The notes beneath the pieces are model-generated. The model did no database searches and had not been told where the DNA came from. It saw only the letters and a list, made by a program, of their open reading frames with translations. A DNA stretch of 64,000 nt from positions 538,233 to 602,232 of the forward strand of contig JAXESU010000002.1 of assembly GCA_034115825.1 (NCBI GenBank), written 5' to 3'. The translations under genes were made by a program, and so were the position numbers. The DNA comes from Bacilli bacterium (GTDB taxonomy: Bacteria > Bacillota_I > Bacilli_A > RFN20 > UBA1709). This document shows, piece after piece, positions 24,256-35,046 of the stretch; position 1 is the first letter of the stretch; the number at the start of each line of letters is the position of its first letter.

Positions 24256-26910
24256 CTATTTCTTGTTTTTAACAGCAGCTTGAGCAGCAGCTAAACGAGC
24301 AACTGGAATACGGAATGGTGAACATGAAACATAGCTTAAACCAACTTTGTGGAAGAATTCGACAGAAGAAGGATCGCCACCAGTTTCACCACATACACCG
24401 ACCTTTAAGTCAGGACGTGTTTCTCTACCAAGTTTAGTAGCCATAGCAACTAATTTACCAACGCCAGCTTGGTCTAAGTGAGCAAATGGATCACTTTGAT
24501 AAATCTTATTGTTATAGTAAGCATCTAAGAATTTACCAGCATCATCACGTGAGAAACCGAAAGTCATTTGAGTTAAGTCATTTGTACCAAAACTGAAGAA
24601 TTCAGCTTCTTTAGCGATTTCATCTGCAAGTAATGCAGCACGAGGAATTTCAATCATTGTACCAACATGGTAGTTTAAGTTAACGCCAGCTTCTTTAATG
24701 ATGCTGTCAGCAGTTTCAACTACGATGTCTTTAACGAACTTCATTTCTCTTGGTTCACCAACTAATGGAATCATAATTTCTGGAACGATATTCCAATCAG
24801 GGTGTTTCTTATTAACGTTGATAGCAGCTTCAATAACAGCGTGAGTTTGCATCTTAGCAATTTCAGGATAAGTTACTGCTAAACGGCAACCTCTATGACC
24901 CATCATTGGGTTAAATTCATGTAAACGAGCAATTGTTTCATGGATTTCATCAACTGTTACATTTAATTCTTTAGCTAATTCAACGATATCTTCTTCTTGA
25001 GTAGGTAAGAATTCATGTAGAGGTGGATCTAAGTAACGGATAGTTACTGGTCTAGTTTCCATTTCTTCGTAAATAGCTTCAAAGTCACTTCTTTGCATTG
25101 GAAGAATCTTATTTAATGCAGCTTCTCTTTGTTCAACTGTTTTAGCTAAGATCATTTCTCTTACAGCCTTAATTCTTGAAGCTTCGAAGAACATATGTTC
25201 AGTTCTTGTTAAACCGATACCTTCAGCACCAAAGTTAACAGCAGTACGAGCATCTTTTGGAGTATCAGCATTAGCACGGACTTTTAATGTTCTTAATTCA
25301 TCAGCCCAACCCATTACACGACCAAAGTCGCCAGTGATTGATGCTTCAACTGTAGGAATAACACCTGCATAGATGTTACCAGTAGAGCCATCTAATGAAA
25401 TGTAGTCACCTTCATTGAAAGTAACACCATTTAATGTAGCAGTTTTAGCTTCTTCGTTAATTACAAGTTCAGTACAACCTGCAACACAGCATTTACCCAT
25501 ACCACGAGCAACAACAGCTGCGTGAGAAGTCATACCACCACGAGCAGTTAAGATACCTTGAGCATAGTCCATACCTTCGATATCTTCTGGTGAAGTTTCA
25601 AGTCTTACTAAGACGACTTTTTCACCATTTTTAGCCCATGCAACAGCGTCATCAGCTTCAAATACAACTTTACCACAAGCTGCACCTGGAGAAGCTGGTA
25701 AAGCTTGACCTGTAGGTTTTGCTTTCTTTAATTCTTTAGGGTCAAACGTAGGGTGAAGTAAAGTATCTAATTGAGATGGTTCAACTAATAAGATAGCTTC
25801 TTCTTTAGTTACTAAACCTTCATCATATAAGTCACAAGCAATCTTTAAAGCTGCTTGAGCTGTTCTTTTACCATTACGAGTTTGTAACATGTATAATTTT
25901 CTATTTTCAATAGTAAATTCCATGTCTTGCATGTTCTTGTAATGTTTTTCTAAGTTTTTAGCTGTTGTACAGAATTGTTCATATACTTCAGGCATAATAG
26001 CTTTTAATTCGTTAATGCTTAATGGAGTTCTAATACCAGCAACAACGTCTTCACCTTGTGCGTTGATTAAGAATTCACCATAAATAGCATTTTCACCTGT
26101 AGCTGGGTTTCTTGAGAAAGCAACACCAGTACCACAGTTATCACCCATGTTACCGAATGCCATCATTTGAACGTTAACAGCAGTACCGATATCGTGAGGG
26201 ATATCATTCATCTTACGGTAGTAGATAGCACGAGCGTTGTTCCAAGATCTAAATACAGCTTTAACAGCAGCTAATAATTGGTCTTGAGCATCTGTAGGGA
26301 AGTCTTCACCTTTTAATTCTTTATATTTAGCTTTGTATTCAACAACGATTTCTTTTAAATGTTGTGCAGTTAATTCAGTATCATACTTTAATCCGTTAGC
26401 TTCTTTTTTGCCATCTAAGATTTTATCAAAGTTTACTTTTCCTAAATCTTCAACAACATCAGCATACATTTGGATGAAACGGCGATATGAATCGTATGCG
26501 AATCTTTCATTATTAGTTAATTTAGCTAAACCTTCTGCAACTTTATCGTTCATACCAAGGTTTAAAACTGTATCCATCATACCTGGCATAGAAATTCTAG
26601 CACCAGAACGAACAGATACTAAAAGTGGGTTTTCTGGATTACCAAATTGTTTTCCAGTTAATGCTTCAAGATCTTGCATTGCTTTCTTAATTTGTTCAAC
26701 AATTTCAGGAGCAACAGTTTCTTTATCAGCATAATAGCGGTTACAAGCTTCAGTTGTAACTGTGAAGCCAGGAGGGACTGGTAATCCAGCACAAAGCATA
26801 TCAGATAAGCCAGCACCTTTACCACCTAATAGGTTACGCATTGCTTGCATGCCGCCTTTTTTTAGGACTTCTTGGCCTTCACTAAAAGCATATACATATT
26901 TTTTGTTCAT
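24256..26910 (-). CDS. ppdK: pyruvate, phosphate dikinase
   Basis: 884 aa; GGMTSHAAVVARGMG (phosphohistidine domain), N-terminal ATP-grasp and C-terminal PEP-utilising motifs; RBS AAAGGAGAAG. Confidence 0.95.
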   Translation of the reverse strand: MNKKYVYAFSEGQEVLKKGGMQAMRNLLGGKGAGLSDMLCAGLPVPPGFTVTTEACNRYYADKETVAPEIVEQIKKAMQDLEALTGKQFGNPENPLLVSVRSGARISMPGMMDTVLNLGMNDKVAEGLAKLTNNERFAYDSYRRFIQMYADVVEDLGKVNFDKILDGKKEANGLKYDTELTAQHLKEIVVEYKAKYKELKGEDFPTDAQDQLLAAVKAVFRSWNNARAIYYRKMNDIPHDIGTAVNVQMMAFGNMGDNCGTGVAFSRNPATGENAIYGEFLINAQGEDVVAGIRTPLSINELKAIMPEVYEQFCTTAKNLEKHYKNMQDMEFTIENRKLYMLQTRNGKRTAQAALKIACDLYDEGLVTKEEAILLVEPSQLDTLLHPTFDPKELKKAKPTGQALPASPGAACGKVVFEADDAVAWAKNGEKVVLVRLETSPEDIEGMDYAQGILTARGGMTSHAAVVARGMGKCCVAGCTELVINEEAKTATLNGVTFNEGDYISLDGSTGNIYAGVIPTVEASITGDFGRVMGWADELRTLKVRANADTPKDARTAVNFGAEGIGLTRTEHMFFEASRIKAVREMILAKTVEQREAALNKILPMQRSDFEAIYEEMETRPVTIRYLDPPLHEFLPTQEEDIVELAKELNVTVDEIHETIARLHEFNPMMGHRGCRLAVTYPEIAKMQTHAVIEAAINVNKKHPDWNIVPEIMIPLVGEPREMKFVKDIVVETADSIIKEAGVNLNYHVGTMIEIPRAALLADEIAKEAEFFSFGTNDLTQMTFGFSRDDAGKFLDAYYNNKIYQSDPFAHLDQAGVGKLVAMATKLGRETRPDLKVGVCGETGGDPSSVEFFHKVGLSYVSCSPFRIPVARLAAAQAAVKNKK

Positions 26911-26983
26911 TTTAAAAAATTTGTTATTTTTTTAGCAAAAATAACTTCTCCTTTCTTTTTTACCGATATAATTATACAATGTT

Positions 26984-27026
26984 TGAAAACGATTTTCAAT
27001 TTTTTTGTGTTAAAAAAACGATTTTC
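26984..27026. promoter_or_regulatory. two copies of the inverted-repeat element GAAAA-CGA-TTTTC in the ppdK promoter region
   Basis: TGAAAACGATTTTCA at 26984-26998 and AAAAACGATTTTC at 27014-27026. The proximal copy overlaps the -35 region of the ppdK promoter (minus strand, ...CGTTTTCAAACATTGTATAAT). Confidence 0.4.
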
Positions 27027-27108
27027 TTACCCTTTTAAGTATATAATAGTAGATTTTACTCGTATATTACTTTATAATATACGGCATAGAGGGAAAGGAG
27101 AATTTGAT

Positions 27109-28266
27109 ATGGAAAAAATAGATAGTAAGAAAAAATCCCACAATATTTTAAACGTTTCCCTTATTTTTATTTTTTCAATTATAGTCGTTTTCTTTTTTGT
27201 AAAAGATGATTTTAATGGGGTAGTTGATGTTTTGAGCAAAGCTCAATGGATATTTGTTGTTTTAGCAATCGGAGTTTTTTCATTTATGTATATTTTTGAT
27301 GCACTAATATTGTTTGTCTTAACACGAAAATCCAAAAAAGATTATACATTTAAAGAAGCCATCTTAAATGCGATGGTTGGTTCTTTTTTTAGTGCTATTA
27401 CACCTAGTGCAACCGGCGGACAATTTGCTCAAGCTTATGTGTTTGAAAAGCAGGGAGTTCATATAGAAAATTCGGGTACAGTATTAATTCTTAATTTTAT
27501 TGCATATGAGTTAGTACTTGTCTTATACTGTTTTGTTACAATATTATTTCGTCAGGGAAATTCAATGAATATTGTTGAAATATTCGGCTTAAAGATTAAT
27601 TTTTTAACTTTAGTAATAATTGGTTTTGGTATTAATTTGTTTGGTATTTTTGGCGTTATCTTTTTGGCATATTTTAAAGGTGTTGAAAAGTTTGTTAAAT
27701 GGATTTGCAAAATATTATATAAAATTCATATTGTTAAAGATTTAGAAAAAATGAATCGCAAAGTTGATCATAAAATTAAAAAGTTGCGTAAAGAGTTAAG
27801 TGATATAAAAGGTAACTTAAAACCGTTTATTATTGCATGTTTATTGTATGTTTGCCGATTTAGTTTTTATTTTTCTATTCCATTCTTTTGTGCATTAGCA
27901 CTCAATGTTAAAGTCGAACCAATTCAAATTTTTACTGTTTTAGCGTTGAGTTCATATATTTCACTTTTAGCCTCATTTGTTCCAATTCCAGGTGCAAGCG
28001 GTGGAGCCGAGTTTTTCTTTGGTTTAGTGTTTGCTAATTTTTTTGGTAGTAAAACACTATTGGCTTCTGGAATGTTAATTTGGCGATTTGCTACTTTCTA
28101 TTTTGGTTTAATTATAGGATTCTTTGTAGTAATGAATTTCAATCATAAACGCCGAGTAAATATCTATAAAGAAGTAAAAGATGAGTATCGTTGGATGGTT
28201 TTAAAACGTAAATATGTTAATAACCAAAGTATTAGTAACGAAGAATCAAGCAATAGTTCAATTTAG
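27109..28266 (+). CDS. flippase-like (MprF/LPG-synthase TM-region, UPF0104) integral membrane protein
   Basis: GGAGAA precedes ATG 27109. Eight or more TM helices and motifs like SFFSAITPSATGGQFAQAYVF. The ORF-track start at 26872 overlaps ppdK. Confidence 0.65.
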   Translation: MEKIDSKKKSHNILNVSLIFIFSIIVVFFFVKDDFNGVVDVLSKAQWIFVVLAIGVFSFMYIFDALILFVLTRKSKKDYTFKEAILNAMVGSFFSAITPSATGGQFAQAYVFEKQGVHIENSGTVLILNFIAYELVLVLYCFVTILFRQGNSMNIVEIFGLKINFLTLVIIGFGINLFGIFGVIFLAYFKGVEKFVKWICKILYKIHIVKDLEKMNRKVDHKIKKLRKELSDIKGNLKPFIIACLLYVCRFSFYFSIPFFCALALNVKVEPIQIFTVLALSSYISLLASFVPIPGASGGAEFFFGLVFANFFGSKTLLASGMLIWRFATFYFGLIIGFFVVMNFNHKRRVNIYKEVKDEYRWMVLKRKYVNNQSISNEESSNSSI

Positions 28267-28819
28267 CAATAATCAAGAACTTGAAGTAAGTATAAATACT
28301 TATCTTGATTTACATTTACGTGAAGGTTTAGATATTGAACTTAAAGAAATTAAGGCCAAAGAAGATTACTATAAAGCATTAGAATATGGTCTTAAACTAA
28401 CTAGAAAAAGAGAATATTCCTCTTTTAAAGTTAAATTAATGATCAACAAAAAATATAGTGAAATAGTTACTAATCAAGTAATTAAAAGATTAGAACAATT
28501 AAGCTTAATTGATGATGAATATATTATTAATAAAACAATTAATAAATGTTTGACTCGAAATTATGGTAAATTAAAAATTATTCATCAGTTAGAGATGGAT
28601 GGTTTTAAAGATGTGGACAAGTATTTTACTTTAGAAGTAGAAGAACAGATTAATGAAAATATAAATCAAGCCGCATATAAGTATATTAAATCGCATAAGC
28701 GTTATAACAATGATAAAATGAGACAAAATTTATATCGATATTTATTATATTTAGGGTATAATAATGAAGAGATAAATCATTATATGTCATTGTTTGGAGG
28801 TGAAAATAATGGTTATTGA
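28214..28819 (+). CDS. recX: RecX family regulatory protein
   Basis: ITKVLVTKNQAIVQFSNNQELEVSINTYLDL... and three-helix repeats; conserved position next to yhaM. Confidence 0.65.
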   Translation: MLITKVLVTKNQAIVQFSNNQELEVSINTYLDLHLREGLDIELKEIKAKEDYYKALEYGLKLTRKREYSSFKVKLMINKKYSEIVTNQVIKRLEQLSLIDDEYIINKTINKCLTRNYGKLKIIHQLEMDGFKDVDKYFTLEVEEQINENINQAAYKYIKSHKRYNNDKMRQNLYRYLLYLGYNNEEINHYMSLFGGENNGY

Positions 28820-29738
28820 TTTAAAAGAAAATACGGAAATTAAAGAAAAGTTTTTGATTGCCAATATGACAAGAGGAGTAACAAATGCTGGCCTTAGTTA
28901 TTTAAATATTGTTTTTCAAGATCATACTGGTCAAATTGAAGGTCGAAAATGGGAAATTAAGGATAATGATGAGGAAGTTTTTCAAATAGGAAATATTGTT
29001 GAAATAAAAGCCCAAGTTATCAAATATCGCAATGTTTTACAACTTAAAGTTGGACAGGGTGAAATTGTAAAACCAGAAGATATTGATATAGCTGATTATA
29101 TAGCTAGTGCTCCAGTTAGTCGAGAAGTGCTTCAAAGAAAATTGTTTGATTATGTAAATAGTATTGAAAATCTTGAAATTAAAAAAGTTGTTGAATCAAT
29201 TGTTACACAAAATATTTTATCATTAGTTATTTATCCTGCTGCAAGTCGTAATCATCATGAATATGCATCAGGATTAATTCATCATACAGTTTCAATGCTA
29301 GATGATGCAAATGCTTTAGCAAAGTTATATAAAAATTTAAATCGTTCATTTTTATATGCAGGGATTATTTTACATGATATTGGTAAGACAATTGAATTAT
29401 CAGGTCCAGTGTTACCTAAATATACTTTAGAAGGAAAGTTAATTGGGCATATTTCAATTATTCAAGCTTTAATAAAAGAAACATGTGATAAACTTGAAGT
29501 AAGCGATGAAGTAGCAACTATTTTACAACATCTAGTTTTATCTCATCATGGGAAAAAAGAATTTGGTAGTCCAGTATTACCTCAAATTTTAGAAGCAGAA
29601 GTTATTTATTTAATCGACAATTTAGACTCTAGAATCAATATGATTGAAAAGATGCTACAATCAGTTAATGAAGGGGAATTTACACAACGTGCTCCTTTTT
29701 TAGAGGATCGTTCATTTTACAAGCCCAAGATAAAATAA
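28809..29738 (+). CDS. yhaM: 3-prime to 5-prime exoribonuclease YhaM (OB-fold plus HD domain)
   Basis: GGAGGTGA lies 6 nt before ATG 28809. HD motifs ASGLIHHTVSM...LHDIGK...HLVLSHHG. Confidence 0.85.
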   Translation: MVIDLKENTEIKEKFLIANMTRGVTNAGLSYLNIVFQDHTGQIEGRKWEIKDNDEEVFQIGNIVEIKAQVIKYRNVLQLKVGQGEIVKPEDIDIADYIASAPVSREVLQRKLFDYVNSIENLEIKKVVESIVTQNILSLVIYPAASRNHHEYASGLIHHTVSMLDDANALAKLYKNLNRSFLYAGIILHDIGKTIELSGPVLPKYTLEGKLIGHISIIQALIKETCDKLEVSDEVATILQHLVLSHHGKKEFGSPVLPQILEAEVIYLIDNLDSRINMIEKMLQSVNEGEFTQRAPFLEDRSFYKPKIK

Positions 29739-29768
29739 AAAAATTCATCGTAATGATGAATTTTTTTA
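29739..29768. terminator. bidirectional terminator between yhaM and the HIT gene
   Basis: aaaaaaAAATTCATC-gtaat-GATGAATTT-ttttt. Confidence 0.7.
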
Positions 29769-30182
29769 TATATTACTATTAATACTTTTTGCTAGTTTTG
29801 CTAATTTATCAAAATTAATATTATTACTATTATCAAGATGGTTAATACTAAAACCATCATTATCATATCTAGGAATTAAATGTAGATGATAATGCATAAC
29901 AACTTGGCCAGCTTTTTCACCACAATTATTAATAATATTAATTCCTTTTATACCATCTAGTGATTTCATCATTGCTTGAGCAATTTTTTGAGCAACGATA
30001 TTTAAATGAGCTAAAACATTACTATTAATATCTAAAAAATTTGTAAAGTGTTGTTTAGGGACAACTAATGTATGACCATCTGTTATTTGAGAAATATCCA
30101 TAAAAGCAACGACTAAATCATCTTCATAGACTTTTGTTGATGGAATCTCACCATTAATAATTTTGCAAAATAAACAATCCAT
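29766..30182 (-). CDS. HIT family (histidine triad) nucleotide hydrolase
   Basis: MDCLFCKIINGEIPS...HYHLHLIP (HxHxHxx motif). Confidence 0.85.
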   Translation of the reverse strand: MDCLFCKIINGEIPSTKVYEDDLVVAFMDISQITDGHTLVVPKQHFTNFLDINSNVLAHLNIVAQKIAQAMMKSLDGIKGINIINNCGEKAGQVVMHYHLHLIPRYDNDGFSINHLDNSNNINFDKLAKLAKSINSNI

Positions 30183-30233
30183 TTTAATACCTCCAAAAAA
30201 AGGAAGACGATAACGCCTTCCTTTTAAAATTAA

Positions 30234-31568
30234 TTATTTTTCAAAACCGTAAGTTTCTTTTAAATAATCATATAGTGCTTGTTCATATACATTAACACCA
30301 TATTGTTCTAAATAATAAGAAACAGCGTTTTTAACGTTTGTTGAGTTTTTAGTTAAAGCATTAGCACCTTCAACTTTTAAAGCCTTGTCAGTAGTAGTTT
30401 CATCAATGATTTCATAACGGACAACATAATATGAAGTACCTGATTTGAATACTTTACTACCTTGGTCAGTAAAATCTAAGAAATTTGATTTTGCTTCATC
30501 TTCACGAGTTGTTTTAAATAATTTTGTATCAATACTTGCTTCAACTAAGGCGCCAGTAGTATCATCGTTAGCCATAGTTTTTTCTTTATAACCAAGTGTA
30601 TTATATACTTCAAGTTGTTTTAATAAATAACCAAATTCTTTAGAATAAGCACCATTATTAGTATAAGTGTTCATAGCATCTTTAACTTTTGTTTTTTGTG
30701 TGTCACTTAACTTATCGTTAATGACCATATTTCCATTGCCATCATCGACAAAGTAATCTTTAATGTATAAATCTTTATATTTTAATTCGGCTTCTGTTGT
30801 TGGATTATCGTTAATAACTGCGTAATCTTTAGCAACTTTATCTAAAGCAACTTTTTCATAAGAAGATTGGAATTTAGTTTCAGATAAAGTTTTAAACTCA
30901 TCAAAACTCATCTTATCATTAGTTAATTCTTTTTCTAATGCTTCTTTAATTTCAATTGCAGCATTTGAATCATTAGGTGTAAAAGTGAAGTATTGAACTT
31001 TTCTAATTTTCTTTGTTTTAAAATAATCTACCTTTTGAGTTAAAATATATTCTTCTTTTAATAATTGAGAATAAATATCATAGTCAGCTTTTTTAGCAAA
31101 ATAATCACTGTAATCAGCTTTTAAAACTGAATGTAATCCTTGATACTTAACGAGATTAGATAAATCTTCAGTTTCTTCAAATAATTTTCCATCTTCTGGA
31201 ACAATAATTTTATAACCTTTTGATTGTAAATCTTCGACTAGTAATCTTTCTTGGAATAGACCATCTTTTTTATATGAAGAAGTATAAAATTCATCTAAAA
31301 CATCATTTTTACGTTCTTCATAGATATTTAAATCTTTAAAATTTTCTGATTTATTATAAACATCTTTTGAAACTTGTAAGATAAGCTCTTTTGCAGCATA
31401 TTCTGCTCCGATACTAGCATACATTTCATCATAAAATTCTTGATATGTAGTACCATTATCACCTACAATTGGATTTTTACCATTACTTGGTCCAATACTA
31501 CTAGAAGAACAACCAACTAATAATAAAGCAGCTAGAGCAAATGGAATAACTTTAATACCTTTTTTCAT
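30234..31568 (-). CDS. lipoprotein of unknown function
   Basis: Signal peptide plus lipobox MKKGIKVIPFALAALLLVGCSS; AGGAGG RBS. Confidence 0.7.
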   Translation of the reverse strand: MKKGIKVIPFALAALLLVGCSSSSIGPSNGKNPIVGDNGTTYQEFYDEMYASIGAEYAAKELILQVSKDVYNKSENFKDLNIYEERKNDVLDEFYTSSYKKDGLFQERLLVEDLQSKGYKIIVPEDGKLFEETEDLSNLVKYQGLHSVLKADYSDYFAKKADYDIYSQLLKEEYILTQKVDYFKTKKIRKVQYFTFTPNDSNAAIEIKEALEKELTNDKMSFDEFKTLSETKFQSSYEKVALDKVAKDYAVINDNPTTEAELKYKDLYIKDYFVDDGNGNMVINDKLSDTQKTKVKDAMNTYTNNGAYSKEFGYLLKQLEVYNTLGYKEKTMANDDTTGALVEASIDTKLFKTTREDEAKSNFLDFTDQGSKVFKSGTSYYVVRYEIIDETTTDKALKVEGANALTKNSTNVKNAVSYYLEQYGVNVYEQALYDYLKETYGFEK

Positions 31569-31585
31569 TTTTCATAACCTCCTTA

Positions 31586-33235
31586 TTATTTATTGCCATA
31601 TATTTCTTCGTGAAGTGAAATATCAGCTTCAACTTTGCGAACATAAGTGTCTAAAGTTGATTCGATAGCGTTGTTAATTTTTGTTTTATGAGCATCTAAT
31701 TTTAAATCAACGTAATCATTGACAGCTTTTGCAATTTCTTCATCGTTAACTTTGACTTTATTTTGATAAACTTTAAACATTTTATATGACATAATTTGTT
31801 GATCAGCACTAACAGAAGTGGCGTATCCACCTTGTAAGAAGTTTGTTACACGACCTTCAATTTCAGATTTACGATTTTTTTCAAGTGTAGCAACTGATTC
31901 AGAATAACCTTTATTGAATAATGGGTTTTTATAATAACCATTTTCGATACCTTCTAAATTTAAGTTAGTCATGAAGTATTCAACCGAATCTTCAAGTGTG
32001 TGATCTAAAGAAGACCAAGTAACAGAGATGAAATGAATCCCATATTCACTACGTGTTACAACAATAGGATTATTGTTTTCATCAACAACATATCCTTGAT
32101 CATTAGTGCGAACATCTTTTTCATTACCACTACCTGCAAGTGTAGTTTTGTTATTAACTTTTAAATATTTGAATCCAGAGAAATTGAAATATTTATTAAA
32201 GGCCATATTTCTAGGGTAGCGAGTGTAATCTTCATCTTTTCCAGGGACTTGATTACCAACGCTGTGAGCGTTATCAATTAAATCTTTTACAACATCTTCA
32301 ACTACAATGTAATCAACAGTTTCATAAATTCCATTAGTTTCAAACATAGTTTTATCTAAATTCAATGAAGTAACAATGTTATTGTATTTTTCATTATTAC
32401 CACTTGCTTTTGCATTATAAGCAATAGAAGAATAAACACCTAATTTAAATTCATTAACAAATGAAGTGTATTCATCAACAATGCCTAAGTTACCGCCATT
32501 TTTAGCTGAACCATCATCACTTTCATCAACCGCAACTTCAGCAAATGAATTGCTAGTTTTGTTTCCTAAAGCTAATCTTTTAACAACTGTACCTAATTTG
32601 ATTGATTCTTGTTCTGTAATGTTTGCTTGAGCAAAAACATTACCAGTATCAGCAGTTTTAACTAAAACATGTTTCATAATCATTGGAGTAGCATTTGAAA
32701 CATAGTCTTTTAATAATGAAGCTTCATTAATATCGATTTTGCCATCTTTGACTTTTGGTTCAAGGTTGTTAGCTTGATAGTTTTTGTTTAATTGAGTTTT
32801 TTGTTCAGCTAAAATATAACTATCTTCTAAGTCTTTACGAGTTTCAAAACCTTCTTGAGCAAGTAAAGCTTTTTCAGCCATTCTTTCAGTTAAACCATTT
32901 TCAGTAGCATATGTTTTAACTTTTTCTTTCCATTCATCCATTTTAAATGCAACGGCATTTTTAATATTGTCATCGACTTCAACTTCTTGTTGAATAATTG
33001 CTTTTTCAATAGCGTTATATAATTCTCTAGCGCCTTCTTCAGATTTCAAGAAACTATAAGTGTATGAACCTTCATTTCCAAGAAGATCATCAGCAGTAAA
33101 GTTTTTATCACCATAACTGAATAAGACATCTTTACCATCGATTACTAAAGGTTTAACATTACCACTATTACAAGCAGTTAAAGTTGTTGCACCCAATAAT
33201 AAAAGTAAAGAGAGTGAAATTGCAGATTTTTTCAT
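31586..33235 (-). CDS. prsA: PrsA-like lipoprotein foldase (parvulin-type PPIase)
   Basis: AAGGAGG precedes ATG 33235. Lipobox LTACNSG. Parvulin motifs KHVLVKTADTG and SAKNGGNLG. Confidence 0.6.
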   Translation of the reverse strand: MKKSAISLSLLLLLGATTLTACNSGNVKPLVIDGKDVLFSYGDKNFTADDLLGNEGSYTYSFLKSEEGARELYNAIEKAIIQQEVEVDDNIKNAVAFKMDEWKEKVKTYATENGLTERMAEKALLAQEGFETRKDLEDSYILAEQKTQLNKNYQANNLEPKVKDGKIDINEASLLKDYVSNATPMIMKHVLVKTADTGNVFAQANITEQESIKLGTVVKRLALGNKTSNSFAEVAVDESDDGSAKNGGNLGIVDEYTSFVNEFKLGVYSSIAYNAKASGNNEKYNNIVTSLNLDKTMFETNGIYETVDYIVVEDVVKDLIDNAHSVGNQVPGKDEDYTRYPRNMAFNKYFNFSGFKYLKVNNKTTLAGSGNEKDVRTNDQGYVVDENNNPIVVTRSEYGIHFISVTWSSLDHTLEDSVEYFMTNLNLEGIENGYYKNPLFNKGYSESVATLEKNRKSEIEGRVTNFLQGGYATSVSADQQIMSYKMFKVYQNKVKVNDEEIAKAVNDYVDLKLDAHKTKINNAIESTLDTYVRKVEADISLHEEIYGNK

Positions 33236-33401
33236 AATTTTCCTCCTTAAAAATTCCAATGCAAATCTATTTTACTCTAAAAATGGCCCTTTTTCAATTA
33301 AAATATTAAATAAATTATTTATTTAACAAAAAAATTATTATATTATTTGTATTTTGCTTTCAAAAAATATAAAATACATTTTGTTAAGGAGTTGATTTTT
33401 A

Positions 33402-34214
33402 ATGTCAAAATTAAAAATTATTGATTTACACGTAAGTGTAGATGGAAAAGAGATTTTAAAAGGAATAAATTTAGAAATTAATGAAGGCGAAACACACGCC
33501 CTATTAGGGCCAAATGGTCACGGTAAATCAACATTATTAAATGTAATTATGGGTCATCCAAAATATGTTGTTACTAGTGGACAAATTTTATTAGATGATG
33601 AAGATGTTTTACAAATGAGTGTTGATGAACGTGCTAAAAAAGGATTGTTTTTAGCTTTTCAATACCCACAAGAAATTAATGGCGTTTCTGTTTCGGATTT
33701 TTTAAAAAGTGCAATTAATGCCAAAAGAGAAACACCTATTTCTTTGTTTAAATTTATCAAAGGATTAGAAGATTCTGCTAAAGAAGTTGGTTTTACCCTA
33801 GATATGGTTCATCGTTCAATTAATGAAGGTTTTTCGGGTGGAGAAAAGAAACGTAATGAAATTCTACAAATGCGCTTACTTGAACCTAAAATTTCATTGT
33901 TGGATGAAATTGATTCTGGTTTAGATGTAGATGGTTTACATCAAGTTGCAAAATCAATTAATGCTTTAAAAGAACGCACAAATTTAGGGCTAGTAATTGT
34001 TTCTCACTATGCTCGATTATATACGTTAATTAAACCACAATTCGTTCACGTTATTGTAAATGGTAAAGTAGCAGTTAGTGGCGATGAATCTATCATTAAA
34101 AAGATTGATGAAAAAGGTTATGAATGGATTAAAGAAGAATTAGGTATTGAAATAGTAAAAGAAGAGGTAAAACCAGTACTTTTAGAAAGTTGTGCTCGTA
34201 AAGAGGTAAAGTAA
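33402..34214 (+). CDS. sufC: Fe-S cluster assembly ATPase SufC
   Basis: Walker A GPNGHGKST, signature FSGGEKKR, Walker B LLDEIDSGLD. Confidence 0.9.
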   Translation: MSKLKIIDLHVSVDGKEILKGINLEINEGETHALLGPNGHGKSTLLNVIMGHPKYVVTSGQILLDDEDVLQMSVDERAKKGLFLAFQYPQEINGVSVSDFLKSAINAKRETPISLFKFIKGLEDSAKEVGFTLDMVHRSINEGFSGGEKKRNEILQMRLLEPKISLLDEIDSGLDVDGLHQVAKSINALKERTNLGLVIVSHYARLYTLIKPQFVHVIVNGKVAVSGDESIIKKIDEKGYEWIKEELGIEIVKEEVKPVLLESCARKEVK

Positions 34215-34215
34215 A

Positions 34216-35046
34216 ATGCTTATCAATTTTAGTGAAATTTTAAACCATAATTTTCCTAATTTAATCTATCAGAACAATACTTTATTTTTAAATGGAAATA
34301 TTGATATAAAACTTAACTATGATGTAAAGGTAGAAGAATTGAAAATAGTTGCTAATAGTGGTGAAATATCGCTTGTCGAATTTAATCCTAGTTATTCGCA
34401 AATTGATATTGTAGTTAACGTTTCAAGTAGTTTAAAGCATAGTAGCATTTATAGTAATAAGTCTAATTCCGATAATGTTAAAATTAATGTTGAAAATAGT
34501 GGAATTTACAAACGAATTTTAATTGATTTGGTTGTATCAAATTTGAATATTAATTCATGTATAAATTTAGTTGCAGATGGTTCGGAAAGTGATTATCAAT
34601 CGGCAACAATCAGTTATGATCAAAATATTAAACATCATACAGTGACAACAAATAATTTAAGTCGTTTTAGCAAAGGTAACATCTTAAATTATGGAATTGT
34701 TTATGGCGATGCTATTTTAGATATTACTGGTATTGGGGATATTAAAAAAGGTGCCAGTGTAAGTGAATCGCATCAAAAGACGGTTATTGTTACATTTGAT
34801 GAAAAGTCAAAAGGTTATGCTCGACCATTTTTATATATTGCTGAAGATGATGTAAAAGCAAGTCATGATACAGCAGTAGGTAAAATTGATGAAGAAGTAA
34901 TATTTTATTTAACTTCACGTGGTGTAAGTGAAAAGGAAGCAAAAAGATTTATAGCACTTGGATATTTTAAACCGATTATTAAAGAGTTAAATGATGATGA
35001 AACTCAACAAAAAATTATTGATTATCTAGAGGGAGTGATCAAATAA
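34216..35046 (+). CDS. sufD: Fe-S cluster assembly protein SufD (short form)
   Basis: Position between sufC and sufS; the C-terminal beta-helix region resembles SufB/D (GRGVSEKEAKRFIALGYF). Confidence 0.7.
   Translation: MLINFSEILNHNFPNLIYQNNTLFLNGNIDIKLNYDVKVEELKIVANSGEISLVEFNPSYSQIDIVVNVSSSLKHSSIYSNKSNSDNVKINVENSGIYKRILIDLVVSNLNINSCINLVADGSESDYQSATISYDQNIKHHTVTTNNLSRFSKGNILNYGIVYGDAILDITGIGDIKKGASVSESHQKTVIVTFDEKSKGYARPFLYIAEDDVKASHDTAVGKIDEEVIFYLTSRGVSEKEAKRFIALGYFKPIIKELNDDETQQKIIDYLEGVIK

Noticed and set aside
26984-26998. Calling the ppdK upstream palindrome a bona fide cre (CcpA) site
   Set aside because: Its half-sites are one base longer than the 14-bp cre consensus (C at position 14 rather than 13), so it was reported only as a cre-like candidate.
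26872-27108. N-terminal extension of the flippase-like membrane protein overlapping the ppdK start
   Set aside because: No RBS, and it runs through the ppdK promoter/operator region, whereas ATG 27109 has GGAGAA 7 nt upstream.
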